A stretch of 64,000 nt of DNA from Bacillota bacterium (GCA_050952125.1 JBMNKK010000003.1:7952-71951), one strand, 5' to 3'. Shown: positions 45,096 through 56,153, counted from the stretch's first letter. Notes: generated by a model not told the origin, from the sequence alone. Made by a program: numbers and translations.

Positions 45096-46130
45096 ATGGA
45101 AAACCAAGTGGAACTTTTGAGGGACAGAGCCAAAGAGGAGATTGGGAAAGCGTCCACGTTGCCCGAGCTTGAGGCTGCCAGGCTCAAGTATCTCGGCAAG
45201 AAGGGCGAGCTGACTTCATTGCTTAAGGCAGTTGGGTCTCTGCCCAAGGAGGAAAGGCCGGTTTTCGGGGCGCGCGTGAACACGTTGCGTCAAGACATTG
45301 AGCGCGAACTGCAGGAGAAGGCCTGCCTTCTGGAGCAAGAGGCGATTGAGGAGAAGATCCGCCGGGAAGCCGTGGACGTGACATTGCCCGGGAATCCCGT
45401 ACCGGCAGGAGGATTGCACCCGCTAACCAGGGCGCTGAGAGACATCCTTCAGGTTTTCTACGGCATGGGATTCACCGTGTATGAGAGCCGCGAAGCCGAG
45501 ACTGACGAGATGAACTTCGTGCGCTTGAACATCGCGCCCGGACACCCCGCGCGAGACGCTCAAGACACTCTCTATTTGACCGACACTACTGTCCTGCGCA
45601 CCCACACGTCGCCGGGGCAGATCAGGGGGATGCTCGAGCTAGACGGGCGGCTACCGGTGAGGTTCGTGGTGCCCGGCCGCGTATACCGGCGAGACCCCTT
45701 CGACGCTTCACATAGTCCTGTGTTTCACCAAGTAGAAGGCCTGGTGATCGACAAGCACATCACCTTCGAACACCTAAAAGGCTGCTTTCTGCAGTTCGCC
45801 AAGGGATTCTTCGGCTCCGACACCCAGATCCGCCTCCGGCCGAGCTACTTTCCGTTCACCGAGCCTTCAGCCGAGATCGACGTGTCGTGCACGATCTGCA
45901 GAGGTAGCGGGTGCCAGGTGTGCGGCGGGACCGGCTGGCTTGAACTCTCGGGAGCCGGCATGGTGCACCCCAACGTGATACGGAACGGCGGCTACGATCC
46001 GGACGAGGTCACCGGCTTCGCCTTCGGGTTTGGCCTGGACAGGGCGGCGATGCTGAAGTGGGGCATAGATGACTTAAGGGTGCTGTTCGATAACGATATG
46101 CGGTTCCTGACCCAGTTCAGGGGCTTGTAG
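45096..46130 (+). CDS. pheS: Phenylalanine--tRNA ligase alpha subunit.
   Basis: Class II core motifs. 344 aa. Confidence 0.95.
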   Translation: MENQVELLRDRAKEEIGKASTLPELEAARLKYLGKKGELTSLLKAVGSLPKEERPVFGARVNTLRQDIERELQEKACLLEQEAIEEKIRREAVDVTLPGNPVPAGGLHPLTRALRDILQVFYGMGFTVYESREAETDEMNFVRLNIAPGHPARDAQDTLYLTDTTVLRTHTSPGQIRGMLELDGRLPVRFVVPGRVYRRDPFDASHSPVFHQVEGLVIDKHITFEHLKGCFLQFAKGFFGSDTQIRLRPSYFPFTEPSAEIDVSCTICRGSGCQVCGGTGWLELSGAGMVHPNVIRNGGYDPDEVTGFAFGFGLDRAAMLKWGIDDLRVLFDNDMRFLTQFRGL

Positions 46131-46142
46131 GGGGCGTGAACG

Positions 46143-48593
46143 ATGAAAGTGCCGTGGAAGTGGCTTAACGACTATATAGACCTGCCTTGGGCTCCGGAGG
46201 AGGCGTGTGAGAGGTTCACGCAGGCCGGGGTGAAAGTGGAGGAGTTGAGATGTGAGAAGCTCGACCTTTCAGGTGTCGTCTCGGCTCTGGTAGAGGATGT
46301 GGGTACCCACCCCCAAAGGCCTAACCTCAAAGTGGGGACGTTGAACACGGGGAGAGGCAGGTTCACCGTAGTGAGCGGAGCTCCCGGACTGGTTAAGGGC
46401 AATATCGTGCTCCTTGCCGTGCCCGGATCGCTCATACCGGGAGGAACTGAAATAGGGGCGAGAGACTTCGCGGGGGTGGAGTCGCAAGGTATGGTAGTGT
46501 GCTCCAACGAGGTCCTTGCAGGCGCTCCTCACCGGCCGGAAGAGGATATCGTGATCTTGCCGCCTGGCACTCCTTTGGGCGTTCCGGCCCAGGAACTGCT
46601 TCAACTGGATGATTGGGTCATCGACTTCGAACTGACGGTGAACTTCTCCCACTGCCTGTCTATGCTTGGCATCGCCCTTGAGGCGTCCGCGATCTCGGGC
46701 AACCCTGTGAGGCTGCCCAAACTGCTCGAGAGGTGGGATTGGGCAGGCCCCAACGGCAGCAGGCCTCCTGAGGACGATCCCCGGGAAGAGGGCGAGTGGA
46801 AGATCGACCTGCCTGACACAGACCTTTGTCCTCGATACGTAGGCAAAGTAGTCCGGAACCTCCGGTTCGGCTACTCGCCGATTGAGGTGGAAAGGCGCCT
46901 AATGTTGGCAGGGATGAGGCCGATCAGTGCCTTGGTTGACGCGACCAACTACGTGATGCTCGAGACCGGGCAACCCCTGCACGCATTCGACGCGGATAAA
47001 CTCTCTGGCAAGACCATCTCGGCCCGCCGTTCCAGAAAAGGCGAGTCCATCTTAACCCTTGACGGAGAAGAGAGGCCATTGGCAGAGGGCACGCTGGTCA
47101 TTGCTGACGCTGAAGGCCCTGTTGCCGTAGCCGGCGTTATGGGCGGTGCCCGCACCGAGGTATCGTCCGAGACCAAGAACGTCCTTCTAGAGTCTGCGTT
47201 CTTCGCGCCCATTCCGACTAGGGTTACTTCGAAGAACCTCAAGCTCCGCACCGAGGCGGCGCTCCGTTTCGAGAAGACCGTCGATCCTACGGCGCAGGCT
47301 GCCGTTATTGAACGAGCGGCGGAGTTCCTTACAAGCGTCGCCGGCGGCACCTCCGAAAAGGGCCGCTCCGACAAGAACCTCATACCGCAAAGCGCCAAGA
47401 CGGTCGCGTTTTCGACGCGGGCCGTGAAGCGCACACTTGGCGACCGCGTCAGTGCCGCTGACTGCAAGAGAGTGTTTGCGGCGCTCCGTTTCGGCGTCCA
47501 GCCGGCCGATGGAGGCGGAGAGCACGAAGTTGTGCGTGTAACGGTGCCTCCTCGCCGCGTTGACATCGCGGAGGAGATCGATCTCGTTGAAGAGGTGGCT
47601 AGGCACTACGGCTATCACAATTTCGAAGGTAAGCCGCTTACCCCCGCAGTGCCGGGAGGACCGCCCAACAGGCAATACGTGTGGGCAGACAAGTTGAGAG
47701 ACTTCCTTGTATCCCTGGGCGGGTATGAGGTAGTCACGACTTCTCTCTTGGCGCCCGAAGACCTGGCTAACCTCGGTTGGGATGCTTCCGACAGGAGAGG
47801 TACCGGCGTCCCGCTGCAAGAACCGTTGTCGTCGAGCGAGTCTATCCTGAGGACCAGCCTGCTCCCAGGCCTCTTGAGAGTCATCTCCCGGAACCAGAGC
47901 ATAAGGCAGCCCGGAGGCCTGTTCTGGGAGATTGGAACCGTGTTTTTCCCGTCCGGCGAGGAATTGCCCCATGAGGCTTCTCAACTTGCTCTCGCGTCAT
48001 ACGGCACACTGTATGAAGGCAATTGGGCCGGGGAAGGGGCAGAGGCGTCTTTCTTCCGGCTTAAGGGAACTGTCGAGGGACTCCTTAGCCGTATGGGGAT
48101 AGACGCGGACTTCTTGCCGGGATCGTCTATGCCGTTTCACCCCGGGAAGTCGGCCAGGGTGACTGCAGGGCACTCTATGGTGGGGGAGATCGGTGAGGTG
48201 CACCCTGAGGTGCTGCGGGCTCTTGGGCTCTCCGGACCCTGCGTGATCGCGTGGTTCGCCATGGACGGGCTCATGTCTTGCGCCAGAGAGGTCCGCTACC
48301 GCCCGATTTCCAGGTTCATGCCCGTTGAGCGGGACATTGCCGTGGTAGTTGGCGAGAAAACCCCCGCCGCGGACGTCATCCGTGTGGTTAAGGAGACGGC
48401 GAGGGATCTCGAACGGGTGACCTTGTTCGACGTCTACGACAAGCCTCCGGTGCCCGCCGGCAAGAAAAGCCTCGCGCTGCGCCTTGTGTACCAGCCGAGA
48501 GAGCGGACTCTGACCGAAGATGAGCTGTCGGCCGACCGCAACAGGATCGTAGAGGCGCTGGCCGCAAAGATAGGCGGAGACATCCGCCTGTAG
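46143..48593 (+). CDS. pheT: Phenylalanine--tRNA ligase beta subunit.
   Basis: 816 aa with B3/B4, tRNA-binding and FDX-ACB domains. Confidence 0.95.
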   Translation: MKVPWKWLNDYIDLPWAPEEACERFTQAGVKVEELRCEKLDLSGVVSALVEDVGTHPQRPNLKVGTLNTGRGRFTVVSGAPGLVKGNIVLLAVPGSLIPGGTEIGARDFAGVESQGMVVCSNEVLAGAPHRPEEDIVILPPGTPLGVPAQELLQLDDWVIDFELTVNFSHCLSMLGIALEASAISGNPVRLPKLLERWDWAGPNGSRPPEDDPREEGEWKIDLPDTDLCPRYVGKVVRNLRFGYSPIEVERRLMLAGMRPISALVDATNYVMLETGQPLHAFDADKLSGKTISARRSRKGESILTLDGEERPLAEGTLVIADAEGPVAVAGVMGGARTEVSSETKNVLLESAFFAPIPTRVTSKNLKLRTEAALRFEKTVDPTAQAAVIERAAEFLTSVAGGTSEKGRSDKNLIPQSAKTVAFSTRAVKRTLGDRVSAADCKRVFAALRFGVQPADGGGEHEVVRVTVPPRRVDIAEEIDLVEEVARHYGYHNFEGKPLTPAVPGGPPNRQYVWADKLRDFLVSLGGYEVVTTSLLAPEDLANLGWDASDRRGTGVPLQEPLSSSESILRTSLLPGLLRVISRNQSIRQPGGLFWEIGTVFFPSGEELPHEASQLALASYGTLYEGNWAGEGAEASFFRLKGTVEGLLSRMGIDADFLPGSSMPFHPGKSARVTAGHSMVGEIGEVHPEVLRALGLSGPCVIAWFAMDGLMSCAREVRYRPISRFMPVERDIAVVVGEKTPAADVIRVVKETARDLERVTLFDVYDKPPVPAGKKSLALRLVYQPRERTLTEDELSADRNRIVEALAAKIGGDIRL

Positions 48594-48616
48594 AAACGAG
48601 AGAGTAGGAGGTTGGC

Positions 48617-50344
48617 ATGAATAAGAGAGAAGTCGCGCACGTCTTGCGGGTGATGGGAAAGCTCCTCGCTGTCAAGGGTGAGGAGGCATTCAAGGTCCGG
48701 TCCTACGAACGGGCAGCCGACAGCATCATGGCGGGAGACTACGACCTAGCCGGCATGGCCAAGGCCGGAAGGCTCCTGGAGATCCCCAACATAGGCCGGA
48801 ACCTTGAGCCCAAAGTCCGCGAACTGATTCTCACGGGGCGCTCGTCTTTCCTTGAGCGCCTTACGGAAGAGATCCCTGCCGGGATCCTTGACCTTCTGAA
48901 CGTGCCCGGAATCGGTGCCAGGACCGCGCGGCTTCTCTATGATTCCCTCGGTGTGAAGGACCTTGCGAGCCTCAGAGCAGCCATTTCTGAGCATAAGGTT
49001 CAAGCTCTGCCCGGCCTCGGCAAGAAACGTGAAGAACTGATGGCCAAGGGACTGGACGAGATCGAGAAGTACGCGGGAAGGATAAACCTCGGCCTAGTGC
49101 TGCCTCTCTTGGACAGCCTGGTCCTTACCTTAAGCGAACTCGGCATACGCTCGGCGGTTGCCGGAGAGGCGCGCCGCTTTGAGGAGACCGTAGGCAGGCT
49201 TGACCTTGTGATGGAGTGCCGCGACCATGAGTCTCCGGGTGACCTCATAGTGCGTTCCGGCCTGGTACTCGAGGACATGAAAGCCGCTCTACAAGAGGCG
49301 TGGGATCCCCAAAGCAAGGCGTTTGTGCTTCGTACTTCCTTCGGCGTACCGCTTTGGGTGCATGTTGCCTCACACGAGGATTTCGCTGTTCGCCTCATGT
49401 ACGCGACGGGTCCCGAGTCTTATCTGCGGTTCATGGAGAAAAGAGCCGGAGAACGCGGGTACAGGCTTGACGCAGGCGGGCTGTTCAAAGGAGACGAACG
49501 CCTGGAGCTCGAAGGCGAGGCGGAGATCCATGATTTCCTGGACATGGACGACGTGCCTCCTGAAGTCCGGCATCGCCCGGAAATGGCGCAGGCAGCGGCG
49601 GTCCGCTCTCTTCCGCAGCTGGTGAGCGTATCTGACCTTAGAGGCGACCTGCATGTACATACTACGTGGTCCGACGGGGTAGCGAGTGTGGAGGCTATGG
49701 TGCAGAAAGCCGCCGGTCTCGGGCACTCCTACATCGCCATCACCGACCATGCCACTCCGATCAAGATGATAAGGGGCATCACAGCCGAGCGCCTCGATGA
49801 CCTGATCGCCGAGGTGAGGAGGGTAGCCGCAGCCTACCCCCGGATACGGGTGCTGGCAGGAATTGAGGTGGACATCCTTAAGGACGGCAAGCTTTACCTT
49901 TCTGACGAGTGCCTTCAGAAACTCGACCTCGTGATAGCATCGGTGCACCAGGATCTTGGCGATTCCAGAGGCGACCTCTTGCGGCGGCTGACGGAAGCGG
50001 CAAGAAACCCCCACGTGGACGTCATCGGGCATCCGACGGGGCGGCTGATAGGCAGGAGGCCGGGAGTCAAGACGGGACTCATGCCGCTTTTCGAAGCTGC
50101 CTCCAAACACGGTACGGTCCTTGAGATAAGCTCGTCTTCCGAGCGGCTGGATCTGCCGGAACCTCTTGTGCGTGATGCTCTTCGGCTTGGCTGTCTTTTC
50201 AGCGTGTCTACGGATGCCCATAGCCCCGAAGGCCTGGAATCTCTCTCACTGGGTGTAAACGCCTCTGCGAGGCGCGCGGGCCTGCCGCCTCAGGCAGTCG
50301 TCAACACCTCCCCCGATCCTCTATCACGGCTCAAGGGATCATAA
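48617..50344 (+). CDS. polX: DNA polymerase/3'-5' exonuclease PolX (Pol X core plus C-terminal PHP domain).
   Basis: N-terminal HhH/PolX region and a C-terminal PHP (HVHTTWSDG...). Synteny pheT-polX-mutS2 as in Bacillus. Confidence 0.9.
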   Translation: MNKREVAHVLRVMGKLLAVKGEEAFKVRSYERAADSIMAGDYDLAGMAKAGRLLEIPNIGRNLEPKVRELILTGRSSFLERLTEEIPAGILDLLNVPGIGARTARLLYDSLGVKDLASLRAAISEHKVQALPGLGKKREELMAKGLDEIEKYAGRINLGLVLPLLDSLVLTLSELGIRSAVAGEARRFEETVGRLDLVMECRDHESPGDLIVRSGLVLEDMKAALQEAWDPQSKAFVLRTSFGVPLWVHVASHEDFAVRLMYATGPESYLRFMEKRAGERGYRLDAGGLFKGDERLELEGEAEIHDFLDMDDVPPEVRHRPEMAQAAAVRSLPQLVSVSDLRGDLHVHTTWSDGVASVEAMVQKAAGLGHSYIAITDHATPIKMIRGITAERLDDLIAEVRRVAAAYPRIRVLAGIEVDILKDGKLYLSDECLQKLDLVIASVHQDLGDSRGDLLRRLTEAARNPHVDVIGHPTGRLIGRRPGVKTGLMPLFEAASKHGTVLEISSSSERLDLPEPLVRDALRLGCLFSVSTDAHSPEGLESLSLGVNASARRAGLPPQAVVNTSPDPLSRLKGS

Positions 50345-50385
50345 AGCATTTACCTATCACATATCCTTCGAGAGAAACGGAGCCG

Positions 50386-51348
50386 TTGAAGGGGATAGAG
50401 GTGCGAGCTCAAAACCTTCTCAGAAGGGCGGTCTTGCTGCTGGTTATTGCCCTGCTGCCTCTCTTCGCCGGGGCAACCGAACCGCCGAAAAACCCTGAGT
50501 TCGTAATGAAAGACGAGCCTACCGAGCCGCTTGTCCCATCCGATATTCCTGTCCGCAGAAATGATGTCTACGACCTCAAGGTGCGACTCCAACAACTGGG
50601 CCTCTACAAGGGACCGATTGATGACGTATACGACGAGACGGCTGTGAGCGCCGTCAAGGAGTTCCAGAAGAGCTACTGGCTTACCCCTAACGGCGTCGTG
50701 GAAAAGGCGACATGGAGGGCCCTGGGCCACGGCGTGCCGCGGCCGGTAGCTCAGGCCGAACTACCGCCGCCCGAAGGCGAAATGGAGTTGGTGGTAGATA
50801 CCGAGACGCTTACCCTGACTGTTCTCGTCAACGGTGCTGTGTGGAAGACCTACCCTGTGGCGGCAGGTAAGTGGACAGACCTTACGCCTGTCGGCGAGTG
50901 GAGGATCATCGATAAGGGCTACAAGGTTGGCGGCCCGTTCGGGTCGAGGTGGATGGCCCTCAACGTCCCGTGGGGGAACTACGGCATCCACGGCACCGAC
51001 AGGCCGTGGTCCATAGGGTCCTATGCCAGCGCGGGTTGTGTCCGCATGTTCGATGAGGACGTGGAGGAATTGTACGACCTGGTTGAGATAGGCACCAAGG
51101 TCAAGATCAAGGGATACCGCCCGAGCCTCAACTTCGAACGCCACTTCGGTTATGGCTCAGAAGGGCCTGAGGTAGTGGTCATACAGGAGGGGCTGCGGCA
51201 GTTCGGGTTCGATGCCGGATTGTGCGACGGCATCTTCGGCGAGAGAACCCAGGCAATGGCCGAAGAGATGGCTTTCGTCTTCGGCCTTGGGCCGAGCCAA
51301 AGCGCGATACGGGACCTTATCACGCTAATGGGACTGAGAGGGAGATGA
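50386..51348 (+). CDS. L,D-transpeptidase (YkuD domain) with peptidoglycan-binding domains.
   Basis: Signal peptide, PG_binding_1-like repeats and a catalytic HG...SAGCVRM motif. Confidence 0.85.
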   Translation: MKGIEVRAQNLLRRAVLLLVIALLPLFAGATEPPKNPEFVMKDEPTEPLVPSDIPVRRNDVYDLKVRLQQLGLYKGPIDDVYDETAVSAVKEFQKSYWLTPNGVVEKATWRALGHGVPRPVAQAELPPPEGEMELVVDTETLTLTVLVNGAVWKTYPVAAGKWTDLTPVGEWRIIDKGYKVGGPFGSRWMALNVPWGNYGIHGTDRPWSIGSYASAGCVRMFDEDVEELYDLVEIGTKVKIKGYRPSLNFERHFGYGSEGPEVVVIQEGLRQFGFDAGLCDGIFGERTQAMAEEMAFVFGLGPSQSAIRDLITLMGLRGR

Positions 51349-51349
51349 C

Positions 51350-52492
51350 ATGAAAAAGCGCCTTCAAGCCATAGCCGTGCCGGCTCTGTGTGTTTTGCTT
51401 TTTCTGTCCGCGGCGTCATGTTCGGCACCGCGATCGCCGCAGAAGCTCGATGTTGGCGAGACGAAACTTATCGCGTGGGATGCCCTTCAGCCCGACTTCC
51501 CGGGTTCACCCGATTACGAAGCCGACGTATCAAAGATCATTGAGGAGTTCAGCCGCGAGACAGGAGTAGCGGTTGAACTAAAGTGGGCCGAGAGGAGCGA
51601 GGCGCTGGCGGTATTGGTCGGGACGGCAGACGCCGATACGAGGCCGCACCTCATGTTCTCGTCTGAATGGCCCGTGATCGCCGACGTCGTCGCCGATATC
51701 TCCGGAGAACTGGAAAGAGACACCTTCATTGACCCTGCCATCACCTATTGGAGTAGGGATGAGCAGGTCTTCGGGATACCCGCTTACATCCAGTGGATCG
51801 GTACGGCCGCACGCACTTTGCCTGTCGGTGACGGGACTACGGCGTACTGGGTTGACTCGCCCGCATTTCTGAGAGCTGCCCTGGACAGAGGAGAAGCGGG
51901 CTGGAACGAGGAGACCTTGCTTGAGTACGCCCAGTGGGTGAAAGGCAAGTACGGCAGGTTCCGCGATGACCCCTTGTTGGCTTGGCAACAGGGAGCCGTT
52001 GACGCTCTTTACCCCGTCACACCCTACCTCTTCAAGTGGCTCAAGACTTCGGCTCAGGGCACCGAGGCTGAGATCTCGGTTGTCCCCGCTTCCTCTCCTT
52101 TTGGGAGTGACTCATTCTACTACACTGTGCCTGCCTACTTGGTCCTTGCCGAGAATGCTCCCGAAAAGGCGGCGGCCGTCGAGCTCGGCAAGCGCCTTTC
52201 GGCCAACCTGGGCAGGTGGGCAGCAAGGACACTCGGATGCGTACCGGCAAGCGTTATAGACGTGCCCATCTTCAATCTGGACAGCGGCTTCGAATACGAG
52301 GAACGCCAGGTTATCTGGGAATCGGTGAGCCCCGGTCTCCTGACAGCCCCGGATGCCCAAGACTTCATCCGGACGTCATCCATAGCCGGCGTCCTTCTAC
52401 CGACACTAGAAGACTTCCTGCGCGGTGAGGTCAGTTCCGAGAGCCTGGAGGAGAGCATCCGTTCCGCCTGCTTGAGGCATACTAGACCGTAA
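51350..52492 (+). CDS. Hypothetical lipoprotein (possibly solute-binding-protein-like).
   Basis: Signal peptide plus lipobox LSAASC. No clear family. Confidence 0.45.
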   Translation: MKKRLQAIAVPALCVLLFLSAASCSAPRSPQKLDVGETKLIAWDALQPDFPGSPDYEADVSKIIEEFSRETGVAVELKWAERSEALAVLVGTADADTRPHLMFSSEWPVIADVVADISGELERDTFIDPAITYWSRDEQVFGIPAYIQWIGTAARTLPVGDGTTAYWVDSPAFLRAALDRGEAGWNEETLLEYAQWVKGKYGRFRDDPLLAWQQGAVDALYPVTPYLFKWLKTSAQGTEAEISVVPASSPFGSDSFYYTVPAYLVLAENAPEKAAAVELGKRLSANLGRWAARTLGCVPASVIDVPIFNLDSGFEYEERQVIWESVSPGLLTAPDAQDFIRTSSIAGVLLPTLEDFLRGEVSSESLEESIRSACLRHTRP

Positions 52493-52521
52493 ACGATCAC
52501 CAACCTCACCGGGGGCGAAGC

Positions 52522-53148
52522 TTGTTGCAGGCATTTCTCATTGAAGTTAGAGGGCTCGTTTTGCGTTCACTTCTGATGTTCTTCTTGACCCTCGCAGCGG
52601 TAAGGATTTCGGGAAAACGGTCGGTTGGCCAGCTGGCGCCGTTTGACCTGACCCTGATTATCATGATGGGTTCAGTTGCCGCATTGCCGCTGGAAGACGA
52701 GGAGATCAGCATCTGGGCGGGAATTGTGCCGATTGTGGTTCTCGCATTACTCGAATACCTGCTTAGCATGATCACCGTGCGGTGGCGGAACGTCGAAAAG
52801 GTGACCCAGGGCCAGTCGACTCCGATAGTGCTGAACGGGCAAATCCTGTATGACAACCTAAAGCGCGAAAGAGTCTCTGAGGCTGACCTCCACATTGTTC
52901 TGAGGCAGGCGGGCGCCGAACGAATCGAGGACATCGCTCTGGCCGTGCTTGAACCTACCGGCCAATGCTCGGTGATCAAGAAAAAGGAATCCCAACCGAT
53001 AACGGTGAGAGACGTTGACCTTCTAACATTGTCGAGGTTGGATACCATCCGGTCGCAAGTCGCGGGCCGCAATAGAGAATGGGTTAGGGACATATTCGAC
53101 AAGGTGCCTCAAAGGAGTTTGTTCCAAAGAAACAGAAATCCAACCTAG
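52522..53148 (+). CDS. DUF421 (YetF/YdfS-like) membrane protein.
   Basis: FDLTLIIMMG and IVLRQAG blocks typical of DUF421. Confidence 0.65.
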   Translation: MLQAFLIEVRGLVLRSLLMFFLTLAAVRISGKRSVGQLAPFDLTLIIMMGSVAALPLEDEEISIWAGIVPIVVLALLEYLLSMITVRWRNVEKVTQGQSTPIVLNGQILYDNLKRERVSEADLHIVLRQAGAERIEDIALAVLEPTGQCSVIKKKESQPITVRDVDLLTLSRLDTIRSQVAGRNREWVRDIFDKVPQRSLFQRNRNPT

Positions 53149-53190
53149 CAGCAAACCGAATCCAACCAAACGGGAAGAGGGGGACCTTCC

Positions 53191-53760
53191 GTGCGTCCGG
53201 AGTGGAGGGCAAGAGCCCTGGATTTCGAATCATATCTAGCCAAGGCCGACATGAATGTCCCGACAATGAGGGAGAATTTCCGGGACACGCGGATTCCCGA
53301 CGGCGACCGTGCCTACTTTGACGATCTCTCCGGGAGGCTTTCGCCCGGGCAAGTGACCGTATTGGCGCTGTCGGAGTCGTGGTGCGGCGATTGCGTGGAA
53401 AACCTGCCGGTCATCGCAAAGGTGGCTTCTCTGTACCCTTTCATGGATCTGCTCATCTTCCCAAGAGACATCAACCTGGATATCATGGACGAGTATTTGA
53501 CCGATGGAAAAAGGACCATCCCCGTATTCGTTTTCTATGACGAGTCCGGCGAGGAGATCGGCCGGTTCGTTGAGCGGCCCCCTGCAGCGCATGAGTTCAT
53601 AAGAGCCAGAAAGGAAGCCTTGGCGGGCCTCCCGGACGAAGAGCAGAAGAAGGGGATTTACAAAGCCAGGATCGACCTCAGGAAGCTCTACAAAGAGGGC
53701 TTAAGGGACGACACTATCGGCATGATCAGGGAGATTTTGGAGAAACGGTATGGATCCTAA
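53191..53760 (+). CDS. Thioredoxin-fold family protein.
   Basis: SWCGDC active-site-like motif in a thioredoxin-like context. Confidence 0.5.
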   Translation: MRPEWRARALDFESYLAKADMNVPTMRENFRDTRIPDGDRAYFDDLSGRLSPGQVTVLALSESWCGDCVENLPVIAKVASLYPFMDLLIFPRDINLDIMDEYLTDGKRTIPVFVFYDESGEEIGRFVERPPAAHEFIRARKEALAGLPDEEQKKGIYKARIDLRKLYKEGLRDDTIGMIREILEKRYGS

Positions 53761-56131
53761 GACGCTTGAACTTCTGGACTTTCGGAGAGTCCAGGAGATG
53801 CTGGCTAAGGAAGCGGATACGGTTTTAGGGCGTGAGCGGGCATTTGCGGCGGTCCCCGTATCGGCCAAAGAAGCCAGGGCTGAGCAGCGGCTTGGCCGGG
53901 AACTCATGGAGGTCCTATCAAAAGGCGCGTCGCCGGGCCTACAGGGGGCGAGCGATGTCCGCGGAAGGGTTGAGATGGCCGCGCAGGGCATCGTGCTCCA
54001 GGGAACGGACCTGTACAAGATCTCGATCACGCTCTCTGTGATGGAGGCCCTGTCTCGATGGCTGGACCACATTCCCGCCGGCCTCTCCGGGCTTCTTGGA
54101 GTGAAGGCGAGGCTCCCGTTCCTCCCGGAGTTAAGGTCGAATCTCACCGAGACCGTGGACGTGGACGGAACCATTAAGGATAGCGCCAGCCCCGAATTGC
54201 GGACAATCCGCCGCTCGCTGAGCGATTTCCAAGATCGCATAAGGCGTAGGGCAGAGGAACTTGTCAGGCGAAAGGACATCTCTCAGTACCTGCAGGAGTC
54301 AATTGTCTCGCTGCGCGACGGTCGTTATGTGCTTCCTGTTAAGCAGGAACACGCTTCCAAGGTAAGCGGCCTTGTGCATGACCAGTCAGGTTCGGGGCAG
54401 ACTCTTTTCATCGAGCCGGCCGAGCTCGTGGAAATGGGAAATCAGCTGAGGCGCCTCCAACTTAAGGAGCGCGACGAGATCGACAGGATTCTGGTTGAGG
54501 TGTCGCGCCAGGTTGGAGATTCGGCGGGACCCATTACCTCCGGGTGTGAGGCGTTGGCCGACTTTGACTTCGGCCTCGCCAAGGCAAGGCTGGCGTTTCG
54601 CTGGAAGGGATCGTTCCCGACTCTGAGCGAAGAGCATGTGCTCAGGTTGGTTGAGGCGTGGCACCCCATGCTGACCGGGACCCCGGTGCCCTTGGATATC
54701 CACTTGTCGGAGGATGACACGCGCACAGTGGTGATTACCGGACCAAACATGGGCGGCAAGACAGTTGCCTTGAAGACTTGCGGGCTTCTCACCGCCATGG
54801 CTCTTTCAGGGTTTCCGTGCCCTTGCAGGGAGAAGTCTGTTGTCGGTGAGATATCGGACGTGCTGTCTGACATCGGTGACGAGCAGTCCATCGAGGAGAA
54901 CCTCAGCACGTTTTCGGCGCACATATCCAACGTGGTCCGCATCCTCAAGAACGCAGGTCCCGGGAAGCTCATACTGATCGACGAGTTGGGCGCCGGCACC
55001 GACCCGCAAGAAGGTGCCGCTCTGGCTCTGGCCATCGTAAGGCGCTTGAACGATTCAGGGGCGCTCTCGATCATCACCAGCCACTTCAGCGAACTCAAGG
55101 TTGCCGCCCAGGAGACCCCCGGTATGCGAAATGCCTCTGTGGAGTGGGACGCGGTCAACATGCTTCCAACGTACCGGCTGGTAATCGGGCGCCCGGGCAG
55201 GTCAAATGCTTTCCTCGTCGCCAAGAGGCTCGGCCTTCCTCAAGATGTCCTGGACGAAGCCAAGATGAACATGCAGCAGGAACTGCTGAATCTTGACGAG
55301 GTCATAGAGGACATGGAGAAGTCGGCTCAGAGGGTGAGGGAGGACGCCGAGGCGGCCGCGGCCGATAGGCGAAGGGCCGCAGAACTCAGGCGCGAGTGGG
55401 AAGAGAAGACGAAGGATCTTGAGGCAAAAAGGAAAGAAGCTCTGAGTCAAGCCAAGAGGGAAGCGGCGGCTCTAGTTTCGAGAGCTCGAGTTGAGCTGGA
55501 GAAAGCGGTTAAGGAATTCAGAGATTGGGACAAGCGGGGAAGAGCCGAGTACTCGGAGGCAGTTAGAGATATGCGTGACCGGCTCCGGGCCGCGCGGGAC
55601 GAGCTTGGGCACGAAGAAGAGGAAGTACTCGAGGGGCTGCCGGTTATGCCGGAAGACGCGGTGCCCGGCACTCCGGTTGCCGTGGCGGGCTTCCGGGAGC
55701 CCGGCGTCATAGTGGAGCCTCCGGATGCTGACAGGACCGCCGTGGTTAGGATCGGAGCCTTCTCGATGCGGATAAAGATCGAGGACTTGCGCCATGTCAA
55801 AGGCCAGGCGGGGGGAGACAAGCGAGGCGATGACAAAGCCGCTCGCGAGAGCCGCTCAGGGATGACGGTTCTGAAGGCCCAGGAAGTCTCGTATGAGATT
55901 GACCTCCGCGGCATGACCGGAGAAGAAGCGATCGACGCCCTCGACAAATACTTCGACGACGCCCTGTTGGCCGGGCTCTCTCAGGTCAGGATAATACACG
56001 GAAAGGGAACGGGCGCGCTGCGCAAGGCGGTCACGGCATACCTGAAGTCCCATCCTCGCATCTCGGAGTCGCGCCTGGGCGAGACAGGCGAAGGAGGATC
56101 CGGAGTCACCGTCGCAAAGTTCAAGCCCTGA
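53750..56131 (+). CDS. mutS2: Endonuclease MutS2 (MutS domain plus C-terminal Smr).
   Basis: Walker A GPNMGGKT and a C-terminal Smr domain (IDLRGM...IIHGKGTGALR). Confidence 0.95.
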   Translation: MDPKTLELLDFRRVQEMLAKEADTVLGRERAFAAVPVSAKEARAEQRLGRELMEVLSKGASPGLQGASDVRGRVEMAAQGIVLQGTDLYKISITLSVMEALSRWLDHIPAGLSGLLGVKARLPFLPELRSNLTETVDVDGTIKDSASPELRTIRRSLSDFQDRIRRRAEELVRRKDISQYLQESIVSLRDGRYVLPVKQEHASKVSGLVHDQSGSGQTLFIEPAELVEMGNQLRRLQLKERDEIDRILVEVSRQVGDSAGPITSGCEALADFDFGLAKARLAFRWKGSFPTLSEEHVLRLVEAWHPMLTGTPVPLDIHLSEDDTRTVVITGPNMGGKTVALKTCGLLTAMALSGFPCPCREKSVVGEISDVLSDIGDEQSIEENLSTFSAHISNVVRILKNAGPGKLILIDELGAGTDPQEGAALALAIVRRLNDSGALSIITSHFSELKVAAQETPGMRNASVEWDAVNMLPTYRLVIGRPGRSNAFLVAKRLGLPQDVLDEAKMNMQQELLNLDEVIEDMEKSAQRVREDAEAAAADRRRAAELRREWEEKTKDLEAKRKEALSQAKREAAALVSRARVELEKAVKEFRDWDKRGRAEYSEAVRDMRDRLRAARDELGHEEEEVLEGLPVMPEDAVPGTPVAVAGFREPGVIVEPPDADRTAVVRIGAFSMRIKIEDLRHVKGQAGGDKRGDDKAARESRSGMTVLKAQEVSYEIDLRGMTGEEAIDALDKYFDDALLAGLSQVRIIHGKGTGALRKAVTAYLKSHPRISESRLGETGEGGSGVTVAKFKP

Positions 56132-56153
56132 GCTCGTGAGTCGCTCAGGGCTT
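56123..56153. terminator. Perfect 11-bp inverted repeat (AAGCCCTGAGC-N9-GCTCAGGGCTT) between convergent mutS2 and PBP genes; candidate bidirectional terminator.
   Basis: Seen in sequence. The U-tracts are weak on both strands. Confidence 0.4.
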